Source: Eledone cirrhosa (lineage: Eukaryota). From it: a stretch of 64,000 bases of DNA. Positions 45,001-60,000 of this stretch are shown here, piece by piece. A model generated the notes under the pieces. The model saw only the letters and a list, made by a program, of their open reading frames with translations. It was not told where the DNA came from and did not search any database. The stretch is from NCBI GenBank assembly GCA_964016885.1, contig OZ024746.1, forward strand, positions 95,790,001-95,854,000, read 5' to 3'. Position 1 is the stretch's first letter. Each line of letters begins with the position of its first letter. A program made the translations under genes and the position numbers.

Positions 45001-48000
45001 GAGGTAAAACCCAGGACTATTGTCTTTGATGAGGTAAAACCCAGGACTATTGTCTCTGATGAGGTAAAACCCAGGACTATTGTCTTTGATGAGGTAAAAC
45101 CCAGGACTATTGTCTCTGATGAGGTAAAACCCAAGACTATTGTCTCTGATGAGGTAAAACCCAGGACTATTGTCTTTGATGAGGTAAAACCCAGGACTAT
45201 TGTCTCTGATGAGGTAAAACCCAGGACTACTGTCTCTGATGAGGTAAAACCCAGGTCTACTGTCTCTGATGAGGTAAAACCCAGGACTACTGTCCCTGAT
45301 GAGGTAAAACCCAGGACTACTGTCTCTGATGAGGTAAAACCCAGGTCTACTGTCTCTGATGAGGTAAAACCTAGGACTATTGTCCCTGCTGATGTAAAAC
45401 CCAGGACTACTGTCTCTGATGAGGTAAAACCTAGGACTATTGTCCCTGCTGATGTAAAACCCAGGACTACTGTCTCTGATGAGGTAAAACCCAGGACTAC
45501 TGTCTCTGATGAGGTAAAACCCAGGACTACTGTCTCTGATGAGGTAAAACCCAGGATTACTGTCTTTGATGAGGTAAAACCCAGGACTATTGTCTCTGAT
45601 GAGGTAAAACCCAGGACTATTGTCTCTGATGAGGTAAAACCCAGGACTACTGTCTCTGATGAGGTAAAACCTAGGACTATTGTCCCTGCTGATGTAAAAC
45701 CCAGGACTACTGTCTCTGATGAGGTAAAACCTAGGACTATTGTCCCTGCTGATGTAAAACCCAGGACTACTGTCTTTGATGAGGTAAAACCCAGGACTAT
45801 TGTCTCTGATGAGGTAAAACCCAGGACTACTGTCTCTGATGAGGTAAAACCTAGGACTATTGTCCCTGCTGATGTAAAACCCAGGACTACTGTCTCAGAT
45901 GAGGTAAAACCCAGGACTACTGTCTCTGATGAGGTAAAACCCAGGACTACTGTCTCTGATGATGTAAAACCCAGGACTACTGTCTCTGATGATGCAATAC
46001 CCAGGATTACTGTCTTTGATGAGGTAAAACCCAGGACTATTGTCTCTGATGAGGTAAAACCCAGGACTATTGTCTCTGATGAGGTAAAACCCAGGACTAC
46101 TGTCTCTGATGAGGTAAAACCTAGGACTATTGTCCCTGCTGATGTAAAACCCAGGACTACTGTCTCTGATGAGGTAAAACCTAGGACTATTGTCCCTGCT
46201 GATGTAAAACCCAGGACTACTGTCTTTGATGAGGTAAAACCCAGGACTATTGTCTCTGATGAGGTAAAACCCAGGACTACTGTCTCTGATGAGGTAAAAC
46301 CTAGGACTATTGTCCCTGCTGATCTAAAACCCAGGACTACTGTCTCTGATGAGGTAAAACCCAGGACTACTGTCTCTGATGAGGTAAAACCCAGGACTAC
46401 TGTCTCTGATGATGTAAAACCCAGGACTACTGTCTCTGATGATGCAATACCCAGGATTACTGTCTCTGATGATGTAAAACCCAGGACTACTGTCTCTGAT
46501 GATGCAATACCCAGGACTACTGTCTCTGATGATGCAATACCCAGGACTACTGTCTCTGATGAGGTAAAACCCAGGTCTACTGTCTCTGATGAGGTAAAAC
46601 CTAGGACTATTGTCCCTGCTGATGTAAAACCCAGGACTATTGTCTCTGATGATGTAAAACCCAGGACTATTGTCCCTGATGATGTAAAACCCAGGACTAC
46701 TGTCTCTGATGAGGTAAAACCCAGGACTATTGTCCCTGCTGATGTAAAACCCAGGACTATTGTCTCTGATGATGTAAAACCCAGGACTATTGTCCCTGAT
46801 GATGTAAAACCCAGGACTAAAACTCAAGTGATAAGTAGATCCATATATTTCTATGATGTATCAAAACAATTTGTAACCACTTACACTAAAATAACAAAAT
46901 CTTTAGTCAGTGATTATGGAAAAACTAAATATCTACACAGAGACGTAGCAACAACACCATTTCTATTGAGTAGGGGTTTAATAATGAGATCTTTAGAAAA
47001 ATTTCAAATCATAGATGACTTAACAACAAGACTTCTAGTTGAAGATGGTGTAACGTTGAAGCAACCCTTTGATGATGTCACAGTGAGTTCTCTAGCCTTT
47101 GATGATGATGTCACAGTGAGTTCACTAGTTACTGATGATGTCACCACTTCTATAGCCCGTGATGATGTCACATGGTCTGTAGTTAGTGATGATGTCACAG
47201 TGACTTCTCTAGTTACTGATGATGTCACAACTTCTATAGCCCGTGATGATGTCACATGGTCTGTAGTTAGTGATGATGTCACAACTTCTATAGCCCGTGA
47301 TGATGTCACATGGTCTGTAGTTAGTGATGATGTCACAACTTCTATAGCCCGTGATGATGTCACATGGTCTGTAGTTAGTGATGATGTCACAACTTCTATA
47401 GCCCGTGATGATGTCACATGGTCTGTAGTTAGTGATGATGTCACAACTTCTATAGCCCGTGATGATGTCACATGGTCTGTAGTTAGTGATGATGTCACAA
47501 CTTCTATAGCCCGTGATGATGTCACATGGTCTGTAGTTAGTGATGATGTCACAGTGACTTCTCTAGTTACTGATGATGTCACAACTTCTATAGCCCGTGA
47601 TGATGTCACATGGTCTGTAGTTAGTGATGATGTCACAGTGACTTCTCTAGTTACTGATGATGTCACAACTTCTATAGCCCGTGATGGTGTCACATGGTCT
47701 GTAGTTAGTGATGATGTCACAACTTCTATAGCCCATGATGGTGTCACATGGTCTGTAGTTAGTGATGATGTCACAACTTCTATAGCCCGTGATGGTGTCA
47801 CATGGTTTCCACTTGATGATGCAATGTCGCCTCTATTTGGTGATGATGTAACAATGACATCTGGAGTGGATGATGCAAGAATGAGATCTGGAGTGACAAT
47901 GAGATCCAAAACAAGTTGTGATGTAACAAAGATACCTGGAGCCAGTGAGGAAGCAACAATAAGATCTGGAGCCAGTGATGAAGCAACAACAAGATCTGGA

Positions 48001-51000
48001 ACCAGTGATGAAGCAGCAACAAGATCTGGAGCCAGTGATGAAGCGGCAACAAGATCTGGAGTCAGTGATGAAGCAACAACGAGATCTAGTGTTGGTGATG
48101 ATGCTGTAACAAGGATATCTCAGGTTGATGATGTTACAACAAGATCTGGAGTTGATGGTGTAACAAGATCTGGAGTTGATGATATAACAACAAGATCTGG
48201 AGCCAGTGATGAAGCAACAACAAGATCTGCAGTTGATGATGCAACAACAAGTTCTGGAGTTGATGGTGTAACAACAAGATCTGGAGCTAGTGATGAACCA
48301 ACAACAAGATCTGGAGTTGATGATGCAGCAATGAGATCTATGGTCAAATATGATATAACAATAGGGCCCCTTTTAGTCAGTGATGATGAACATATGAGCT
48401 CTACCATCTCAGACATAACTACAATGACATTTGCAATCTCTGATGATGTAACAACAAGAGGTACAGCTTCTAAAGGAATAATTCTTTATGATGTAATGAT
48501 TAAAGGCAAAACAATGATATCCAAAGTAGCCGATGAGGGAGTAGCAAAAGATACCTCATCAACTCATGATGTAACAATAATATCTATACTCACTGATGAT
48601 GTAGCAATGAAGGGTACTCTGTATGATGACATAACAAGGAAATCTATAATATCTGACATAACAAAGGAAGCTGTGGTCTATAAGGAACTAACTACAAAAT
48701 ACACAGTTATTGATGATGTAACAATGAGCTCCACACCTTCTGAAGAGGTAACAATCAGCTTCACAGCTTTTGATGATGTAACAAGAATGTCAACAGCCTA
48801 TGATGATGTAACAATGGGCTACACAGTTTTTGATGATGTAACAATGGACTTCACAGCTTATGGTGATGTAAGAACGAGCTACATAGTTTTTGATGATGTA
48901 ACACTGGGCTACACAGCTTCTGATGATGTAACAATGGGCTTCACAGCTTCTGATAAGATAATGGACTACACTGTGGCTTCTGATTATGTAACAACAATAT
49001 CTGCAGCTTCTGACGATGTAAAAGAAGACTCTACAATCTTTGGTGACATAGCTGTCCAATACAAATCTGATGTCACATCAAGGTATAGAGTCACTGATGG
49101 TGTAGTAATGAAGTCTATAATTTCTGGTGATGTACCAATGAGAATTACAGACCATTATGATGATGATGTTACAACAGACTTTACAATCTCTTCCCGTGTG
49201 ACAAGATCAATATTCTCCTCAAAGGTCACAAAGAAATTCACATTCATTGATATTGTAACAAAAAGATCTACAGTCCCTTTCAAAATTACAAGGCAATCTC
49301 CATTATCTCAAGATGTAACCATGAGACCCACTATCTCCATGATAATAAGGTTCAAGGTTTTTAGTAACGTAACATCTTACACAGACTCTGATAATGTAAC
49401 AGTTAGACACACAATATCAGGCCAGGTAAAAATAGGATCAGTATTACCTGGTAATGTAACGAAGTTTACAGCCACTAGTGATAGAGTATTGGGATTTGTT
49501 GATTATGGAAATGTAACCACTCAAACTATTGTTGCTGATGATATAGTAGCTAGAACTATAGGCACTGATGAACCTATTGTCTCTGATGATATAGTAGCTA
49601 GAGCTATAGTAACTGATAAACCTATTGTCTCTGATGTTATAGTAGCTAGGACTATAATAGCTAGGACAATAGGCACTGAAGAACCTATTGTCCCTGATGA
49701 TATAGTAACTAAGACTATAGTAGTTAGGACTATAGACATTGATAAACCTATTGTCTCTGAAGATATATTAACTGGAACTATAGTAGCTAAGACTATAGTA
49801 GCTAGGGCTATAGTAACTGATAAACCTATTGTCTCTGATGATATAGTAACTTGGACTATAGGCACTGATGAACCTATTGTCTCTGATGATAAAGTACCTA
49901 GGGCTATAGTAACTTGGACTATAGGCACTGATGAACCTATTGTCTCTGATGATAAAGTAACTAGGGCTATAGTAACTAGGACTATAGGCACTGATGAACC
50001 TATTGTCTCTGATGATAAAGTAACTAGGGCTATAGTAGCTAGAACTATAGGCACTGATGAACCTATTGTCTCTGATGATAAAGTAACTAGGGCTATAGTA
50101 ACTTGGACTATAGGCACTGATGAACCTATTGTCTCTGATGATAAAGTAACTAGGGCTATAGTAACTAGGACTATAGGCACTGATGAACCTATTGTCTCTG
50201 ATGATAAAGTAACTAGGGCTATAGTAGCTAGAACTATAGGCACTGATGAACCTATTGTCTCTGATGATAAAGTAACTAGGGCTATAGTAACTAGGACTAT
50301 AGGCACTGATGAACCTACTGTCCATGATGATATAGTAACTAGGACTATAGTAGCTAGAACTATAGGCACTGATGAACCTACTGTCTCTGATGGTATAGTA
50401 ACTAGGACTATAGTAGCTAGAACTATAGGCACTGATGAATCTATTGTTTCTGATGATATAGTAACTAGGACTATAGGCACTGATGAACCTACTGTCTCTG
50501 ATGGTATAGTAACTAGGACTATAGTAGCTAGAACTATAGGCACTGATGAATCTATTGTTTCTGATGATATTGTAACTAGGACTATAGTAGCTAGAACTAT
50601 AGGCACTGATGAACCTACTGTCCATGATGATAATGTAACTAGGACTATAGGCACTGATAAATCTATTTTCTCTGATGATTTAAAATTTGTGTCCATTTCC
50701 TCTGATGAGACTATGAGTGACTCTATTATTTCTGATCATGTGACAACAGGATATATTTTACCAGAAGATGAAATATTAGAAGAAATTGACTTGGATTCTG
50801 AAACAAGTGAATCAATTACAAAGGAAAGAGATGTAATGAAACCAATGTTCCTTGATGTCACCCCAGCTATGACTATGAATGATTCAAACATATCTATTGT
50901 TATGGATGGTTCAGTCACTGCACTAGTTTCTCTACAGGATTCTGTTGCTACAGCCATTGCTACAGATGATTATGTTACAATAGATGTTGCTATGAAGGAT

Positions 51001-54000
51001 TCATTTACTTCCATAACTATTACTACAGATGATTTAATCCCAATATCTGTTTTAATAAATGGTTCTACCATTGTACCTATTGCTATGGCTAACATGTCTG
51101 CTGCTATAGAGGACTCAGTCCCCACACTTGTTGTTAAAGATGGCTCAATAAATGGATCAATGTTTACTAGAAATGATTCTAGAACGATAACAGTTCCCAC
51201 TAATGATACAACCAGACCAGACATTATTGAGTTTTCAAAGATAGAAAACTACAGTATTATATCTACAACAGTTCTGACTGATATTAAAATAACTGTGTTA
51301 ACTACTTATAGTATTGTAATAAGAGACTCAGTTGTTGAAGATCATACGATACTAAGCTCATCTACAACTGATCACTGGATGACAGGAGTATCAGCTACAG
51401 ATTATATAAAACCTTTAATGATTATAGATCAATTAATCACTGGTTTAATTACTGATGCTGACACAGTATATGAACCAGATGCTACTGAAGAGGTTGTGTA
51501 CAAACCAGTAGTTATCAGTGTAATGATATCTAAACCAATTGCTACAGATGTAGTGACATACAAAACAGTTGATACTGACATTATAACAGCTCAGTCATTT
51601 ACTATGGAGAGAACAAGGTATCAGCCATTAACTATTGATGTGACAGTATCTAAATCAATTATTCTTGATGCTGTGACAAATAAAACAGTTGACACTAAGG
51701 ATAAGGTAGACAGATCTATTGCTACAGATGTAGCAATATACAGACCAATGGTGACAGATACAACAATAGACAAAGCTATTGCTACAGATGTAGCAATATA
51801 TAGATCAGTAGTGACTGATATTATAGAAAGATCTATTGCTACAGATGTAGAAATATACAGACCAGTGGTGACTGATACAATAGAAAGATATATTGCTACA
51901 GATGTAGAAATGTACAGACCAGTAGTGACTGGTACAACAATAGACAGATCAGGGGCTACAGATGTAGAAATATACAGACCAGTGGTGACCGATATTATAG
52001 AAAGATCTACTGCTACAGATGTAGAAATATACAGAACAGTGGTGATTGATACAACAATAGACAAATCTATTGCTACAGATGTAGAAATGTACAGACCAGT
52101 AGTGACTGGTACAACAATAGACAGATCAGTGGCTACAGATGTAGAAATATACAAACCAGTGGTGACTGATACAATAGAAAGATATATTGCTACAGATGTA
52201 GAAATGTACAGACCAGTAGTGACTGATACAACAATAGACAGATCAGGGGCTACAGATGTAGAAATATATAGATCAGTGGTGACTGATAAAATAGAAAGAT
52301 CTATTGCTACAGATATAGAAATATACAGACCAGTAGTGACTGCTACAATAGAAAGATCTATTGCTACAGATGTAGAAATGTACAGACCAGTAGTAACTGA
52401 TAAAATAGACAGATCTATTGCAACAGATGTAGAAATGTACAGACCAGTAGTGTCTGATACAACAATAGACAGATCAGGGGCTACAGATGTAGAAATGTAC
52501 ACAACAGTGGTGACTGATACCACAACATATGGATCAGTTCTTACTGATGTGTTTATACATAAGCAGACTGCTACAGTTGCTATAACGTATAAACCACTAG
52601 CTTCTGATCTTGTGACATACAGACCAGTTACTACAGATTATAAAGTAGATGAACCATTTGCTACCCATGTTGTGATAATGAAACTTATTGTTTCTGATAT
52701 CATAACATATAGACCATTACCTTCTGATATCATATCATATAGACCACAACCTTCTGATATCATAACATATAGACCATTACCTTCTGATATCATATATAGA
52801 CCATTACCTTCTGATATCATAACATATAGACCACTACCTTCTGATATCATATCATATAGACCATTACCTTCTTATATCATAACATATAGACCATTACCTT
52901 CTGATATCATATCATATAGACCACAACCTTCTGATATCATAACATATAGACCATTACCTTCTGATATCATAACATATAGACCATTACCTTCTGATATCAT
53001 AACATATAGACCACAACCTTCTGATATCATATCATATAGACCATTACCTTCTTATATCATAACATATAGACCATTACCTTCTGATATCATATCATATAGA
53101 CCATTACCTTCTGATATCATAACATATAGACCATTACCTTCTGATATCATAACATATAGACCATTACCTTCTTATATCATAACATATAGACCACAACCTT
53201 CTGATATCATATCATATAGACCATTACCTTCTGATATCATATCATATAGACCACAACCTTCTGATATCATAACATATAGACCACAACCTTCTGATATCAT
53301 AACATATAGACCATTACCTTCTGATATCATAACATATAGACCATTACCTTCTGATATCATAACATATAGACCATTACCTTCTGATATCATAACATATAGA
53401 CCATTACCTTCTTATATCATAACATATAGACCACAACCTTCTGATATCATATCATATAGACCATTACCTTCTTATATCATAACATATAGACCATTACCTT
53501 CTGATATCATATCATATAGACCATTACCTTCTGATATCATAACATATAGACCATTACCTTCTGATATCATAACATATAGACCATTACCTTCTTATATCAT
53601 AACATATAGACCACAACCTTCTGATATCATATCATATAGACCATTATCTTCTGATATCATATCATATAGACCACAACCTTCTGATATCATAACATATAGA
53701 CCATTACCTTCTGATATCATAACATATAGACCATTACCTTCTTATATCATAACATATAGACCACTACCTTCTGATATCATATCATATAGACCATTACCTT
53801 CTTATATCATAACATATAGACCATTACCTTCTGATATCATATCATATAGACTACAATCTACTGATATCATAACATATAGACCATTACCTTCTGATATCAT
53901 AACATATAGACCATTACCTTCTGATATCATAACATATAGACCATTACCTTCTGATATCATAACATATAGACCATTACCTTCTGATATCATAACATATAGA

Positions 54001-57000
54001 CCATTACCTTCTGATATCATAACATATAGACCATTACCTTCTTATATCATAACATATAGACCACAACCTTCTGATATCATATCATATAGACCATTACCTT
54101 CTGATATCATATCATATAGACCACAACCTTCTGATATCATAACATATAGACCATTACCTTCTGATATCATAACATATAGACCACAACCTTCTTATATCAT
54201 AACATATAGACCACTACCTTCTGATATCATAACATATAGACCATTACCTTCTGATATCATATCATATAGACCACAACCTTCTGATATCATAACATATAGA
54301 CCATTACCTTCTGATATCATAACATATAGACCACAACCTTCTGATATCATATCATATAGACCACAACCTTCTGATATCATAACATATAGATCAGTTATAT
54401 CTGATATCATAACATATAGACCACAACCTTCTGATATCATATCATATAGACCACTACCTTCTGATATCATAACATATAGACCACTACCTTCTGATATCAT
54501 ATCATATAGACCACAACCTTCTGATATCATAACATATAGACCACAACCTTCTGATATCATATCATATAGACCACAACATTCTGATATCATATCATATAGA
54601 CCACTACCTTCTGATATCAAAACATATAGATCAGTTATATCTGATATCATAACATATAGACCACTAACTTCTGATATCATAACATATAGACCACAACCTA
54701 CTGATATCATAACATATAGACCAGTCATATCAGATATCATATCATATAAACCAGTTATATCTGATATCATAACATATAGACTACAATCTACTGATATCAT
54801 AACATATAGACCACAAGCTACTGTTATATATGATATCATAACATATACTCCTGTTATATCTGATATCATAACATATAGACCAGTTATATCTGATATCATA
54901 ACATATAGACCACTAACTTCTGATATCATAGCATATAGACCTTTTATATCTGATATTATAATATATAGACCCGGTACTACTCGTGATGCTGTGGTTAGAC
55001 ATGTTTCTACTGATGATATAAGGTTTAGACCAACTATTGGTGGTGATATATTTGTTAGATCAACAGCTACTGATGTAGTTTTACATAGACTGGTTGCTAC
55101 TGCTCCAGTAACAAATACAACTATGGCTTCTGGTATTGTAATATTACAAATACATGTGTATACAGATGTGATGACATATATATCACTTACTACAAATAAG
55201 ACCACATACGAACATATTGTTATTGATGAAACTGATGAGACTGTAAATATGTCAGTTACTACAGACGGAATCAAGTCTAAGTCAGTTACAACACATAAAG
55301 TCATACCAAGTTCAACAGCTAGTAATGAAACAATATCTAGATCATTTAACACATACAAAAGTGTATCTGAATCAATTGCTAGTGATGAAATACAATCAAA
55401 AATGATTACAACTATTGATGTAACAATATTGACATCTTTTATAGAATCTGAAACTGTACGAGTTTCAGGGATCAAAGTTACAGCAACATCAGAACCAGTT
55501 GATACAGATAAAGTAATAACTGGATTAATTGACACTAGATCAGTTGTCACACATAGAACAATGACTGGATCAATTGTTACAGACAAATCAATACCTGGAT
55601 CAGTTGTTACAGACAAATCAATACCTGGATCAATTGTTACAGATAAAACAACTCCGGTATCAGTTGTTACAGACAAATCAATACCTGGATCAGTTGTTAC
55701 AGACATAACAATACCTGGATCAGTTGTTACAGACAAAACAACTCCTGGATCAGTTGTTACACACAAAATAACTCCTGGAGTAGTTTTTACAGACAAAACA
55801 ACTCCTGAATCAATTGTTACAGACGAAAAAATACCTGGATCAATTGTTACAGACATAACAATACCTGGATCAGTTGTTACAGACAAAACAGCTACTGGAT
55901 CAGTTGTTACATACATAACAATTGCTAGATCAGTTGTTACAGACAAAATAACTCCTGGGTCAGTTGTTACAGATAAAACAACTCCTGGATCAATTGTTAC
56001 AGAAAAAACAACTCCTGGATCAATTGCTACAGATAAAACAACTCCTGGATCAGTTGTTACAGAAAAAAAAACAATACCTGGATCAATTGTTACAAACAAA
56101 ACAATACCTGGATCAATTGTTACAGATAAAACAACTCCGAGATCAATTGTTACAGATAAAACAACTCCGAGATCAATTGTTACAGACAAAACAATACTTG
56201 GATCAGTTGTTACAGGCAAAACAATAATTGGATCAGTTGTTATAGACAAAACAATACCTGGATCTGTTGATACAGACAAAAGAACTCCTGGATCAGTTGT
56301 TACAGACAAAACAAGTCCTGGATCAGTTGTTACAGACAAAACAATACCTGGATCAGTGGTCACACATACAAAAATACCTGGATCAGTTACAACTGGTGAA
56401 ACAATAACTGGTTCAATTGATATTGATAAAACATTATCTAGATTATCCACCTCCAATGAAACAACATCAATCACCAGTGAAGGATCAATATATGGATTAG
56501 TTACTTTTGATGATTTAACATCTGAATCCACTGGTGGCATAGAGACTGTATTACCTACTGTTACTGGTGAAGATATATATAGACCATTTAGTGGTGTAGT
56601 GACTATCTTAACAACTGCAACAGATGTAAAAGTATATAGGCCAGATGATGGTGTTGAATCTGTATCAACAACTGTCACTGATGTAGAAATATATAGAACA
56701 GTTAGTGGTGTAGAGACTACCTCTGCAGCTGTTACTGATGTAGATATATATAGAAAAGTTAGTGGTGTAGAATATGTCTCAACAACTACCACTGATGTAG
56801 ATATATATAGACCAGATGATGGCGTAAAATCTGTATTAACAACTGTCACTGATGTAGAAATATATAGACCAGATGATGGTGTAGAAGCTGTCTCAACAAC
56901 TGTTACAGATGTAGAAATATATAGACCAGTTAGTGGTGTAGAGACTACCTCAACAACTGTCACTGATGTAGAAAAATATAGACCAGATGATGGTGTAGAA

Positions 57001-60000
57001 GCTGTCTCAACAACTGTTACAGATGTAGAAATATATAGACCAGTTAGTGGTGTAGAGACTATGTCAACAGCTGTTACAGATGTGGATATATATAGACCAG
57101 ATGATGGCGTAAAATCTGTATTAACAACTATCACTGATGTAGAAATATATAGACCAGATGATGGTGTAGAAGCTGTCTCAACAACTGTTACAGATGTGGA
57201 TATATATAGACCAGTTAGTGGTGTAGAATATGTCTCGACAACTAATTTTGTTGCTTCCAGTAAAACAATAATTGGAAACATTACCACTGATGAAATAATA
57301 TCTAAATCAACTTTCACTGAAACAATATCTGGATCAACTGAGATAATGTTTCATGCAATTGTTGCCAAAAAGACAATATTAAAATCAGTTGTAACTATTA
57401 CAACAATACTGGGGCAAACTACTACTGATGATGAAATAGTTTCCATTGATGAAGCAATATATGAACCAGTTTCTACTAGCTTGATAATATATAGTCCAGT
57501 TGCCACAGATGTAGTCCATAAACCAGCTGCTAGTGTGGTTACAAACAAGACAGTAGTTAGCATAGATGAGGCAGTACTTGCCACAGATGAAATAATACAT
57601 GGCACAGTTACTACAAATGATACAATACCTGGAGTAGTTGATACAGATGAGATAATACCAGACACAGTTGCCATAGATGAGACAATATCTGATTCATTTT
57701 CTATGGATGAAACAATATCTGGTGCTGTTGCTACAAATGAGATAAGATCTTGTACTGTTGCTACTGATAAGATAATAATTAGTACACTAGTTACAGATGA
57801 TACATTACTTGGTTCAGTTGCTACAGATGAGATACGACCTGATACAGTTGATATAGATGAGATAAGACCTGGTACAGTTCCTACAGATGAGATAACATCT
57901 GGTACAGTTTCTACAGATAAGATAATAACTAGTACAGTTGTTACCAATGATACATTACTAGGTTCAGTTTCTACACATGGGATAATATCTGCCACAGTTG
58001 CTACAGATGAGATAGCACCTGGTACAGTTACTACAGATGAGATATCTATTACAGTTGTTACAGATGGAATAATATCTAGTACAGTTGTTACAGATGCAAC
58101 CTTACCTGATTCAGTTTCTTCAGATGAAATATCTGGTACAGGTGATGCAGATGAGATAAAACCTGAAACAGTTGCTACAGCTGCGATAGCATCCGGTACA
58201 GTTACTACAGATGAGATAATATCTAGTACAGTTGTTACAGTTGCAACATTATCTGATACAGTTTTTACAGATGGCATATCAGGTGCAGTTGGTATGGACG
58301 AGATAATATCTAGTACAGTTGTTGCAGTTGAGATGATATCTGCTACAGTTGCTACAGATGAGATAGTAACTGACTCAATTGCTACAGATGAGATAGTAAC
58401 TGACACAGTTGTTATAGATGAGATGATGCTTGGTACAGTTGCAATAGATGAAATGATATTTGACACAGTTGCTACAGATGAGATGATATCTGGTGCAGCT
58501 GCTACAGATGAGACAATACCTGGTACAGATGAGACAGATATAACAATGTCTGGTGCAGTTACTAAAGATGAGATATCTGACACAGTTGCTATAGGTGATA
58601 TCATATTAGGGGCAGCTGCACCAACTGAGACAATATCTGAAAGAAATATTACTAATGAGACAATATCATCCACTGTTGCTACAGATAAAATAATACGTAG
58701 CATAGTTGCTACAGACAATAAAGCACCTGGGACATTTGCTACAAATGAAACAATTTTTGGCTCAGTTGCCAATGATATGATAATGATTATTAGACTAATA
58801 ACTGCTGAAAAAAGTTCTGCACAGATTGATATTGATGTTAGTGGAGATGTTACTGATCACAGAATAACTAAAGCAGTTGTAACTGATGATATGATGTCTA
58901 GTGCAGTTACTACTATTGAACCAGTGCTTTCCACAGTTGCTACAGATGAAGATGAAACAATACTTGGTAAAGTTTCAACAGATGAAATAATACCTAGTAG
59001 AGTAGATGCAGTGGAAATAATACCTCGCACAGTTGCTACAGATGACAAAACACCTGGTACAGTTGCTACAGATGAAATAATACCTGGTAGAGGTATTACA
59101 ATTGAGATATCTGGTATAGTTGATACAGATGAGATAACATCTGTTACAGATGAGACAATGTCTGGTACAATTGCTACAGATGAGATAATACCTGATATAG
59201 TTGTTACAGATGAAATGATACCTGGTAGAGTCACTAGAGATGAGATAATAGCTGACACAACTGCTACAGAGGAAATGATACCCGACACAGTTCTTACAGA
59301 TGAGGCAATACCTGACATAGTTGCTACAGATGAAATAATAACTGATACAATTGCTACAGATGAGATGATACCTGACACAGTTCTTACAGACGAGGCAATA
59401 TCTGACATGGTTGCTATAGATTATACAATACCAGTTGTTGCTTATGATATAATACATGGCCCTCTTGCTACAACTGAAGTACTTTCTAAATCAGTTTCTA
59501 CTGATGACACACGACATGGATCAGTTTCCACTAATCAGACAATACATGAGTCAGTTTCAACCAATGTGATGATACAAGGATCAGTTTTCACTGACGTAAC
59601 AATACACGGACTGGTTTTAACAGATGTGATGATAGAAGGATCAGTTTCATCAGATGTGATGATAAATGGATCAGTTTCATCAGATGTGACGTTAAATGGA
59701 TCAGTTTCAACAGATGAGACACTAATTGAATCAGTTTCAACAGATAAGACAATCCATGGATTAGCTTCGACAAACATGACAATACTTGGATCAGTTTCTG
59801 TTGATATAGAAATAAAAGGATCAGCTACCACTGATGATTCCTCAGTTGGGTTAGTATCTACTAACTGGACAGTAATTAGAGTAGCCTTCACTGATATAAC
59901 AAGAGGTAGATATATTCTTTCTGAAGATACAATAGGTAGACCAGTTACAATTAATGAGACAATAGCTAGACAGATTGCTCCTAATGAGACAATAGCTAAA

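Noticed and set aside
55964-56227. The only + strand ORF in the track (LLDQLLQ repeats)
   Set aside because: Frame +2 read-out of the PGSVVTDKT array.
54192-59457. Minus-strand ORFs of 1041, 473 and 183 aa
   Set aside because: Antisense to the decamer arrays, with no independent coding signal.
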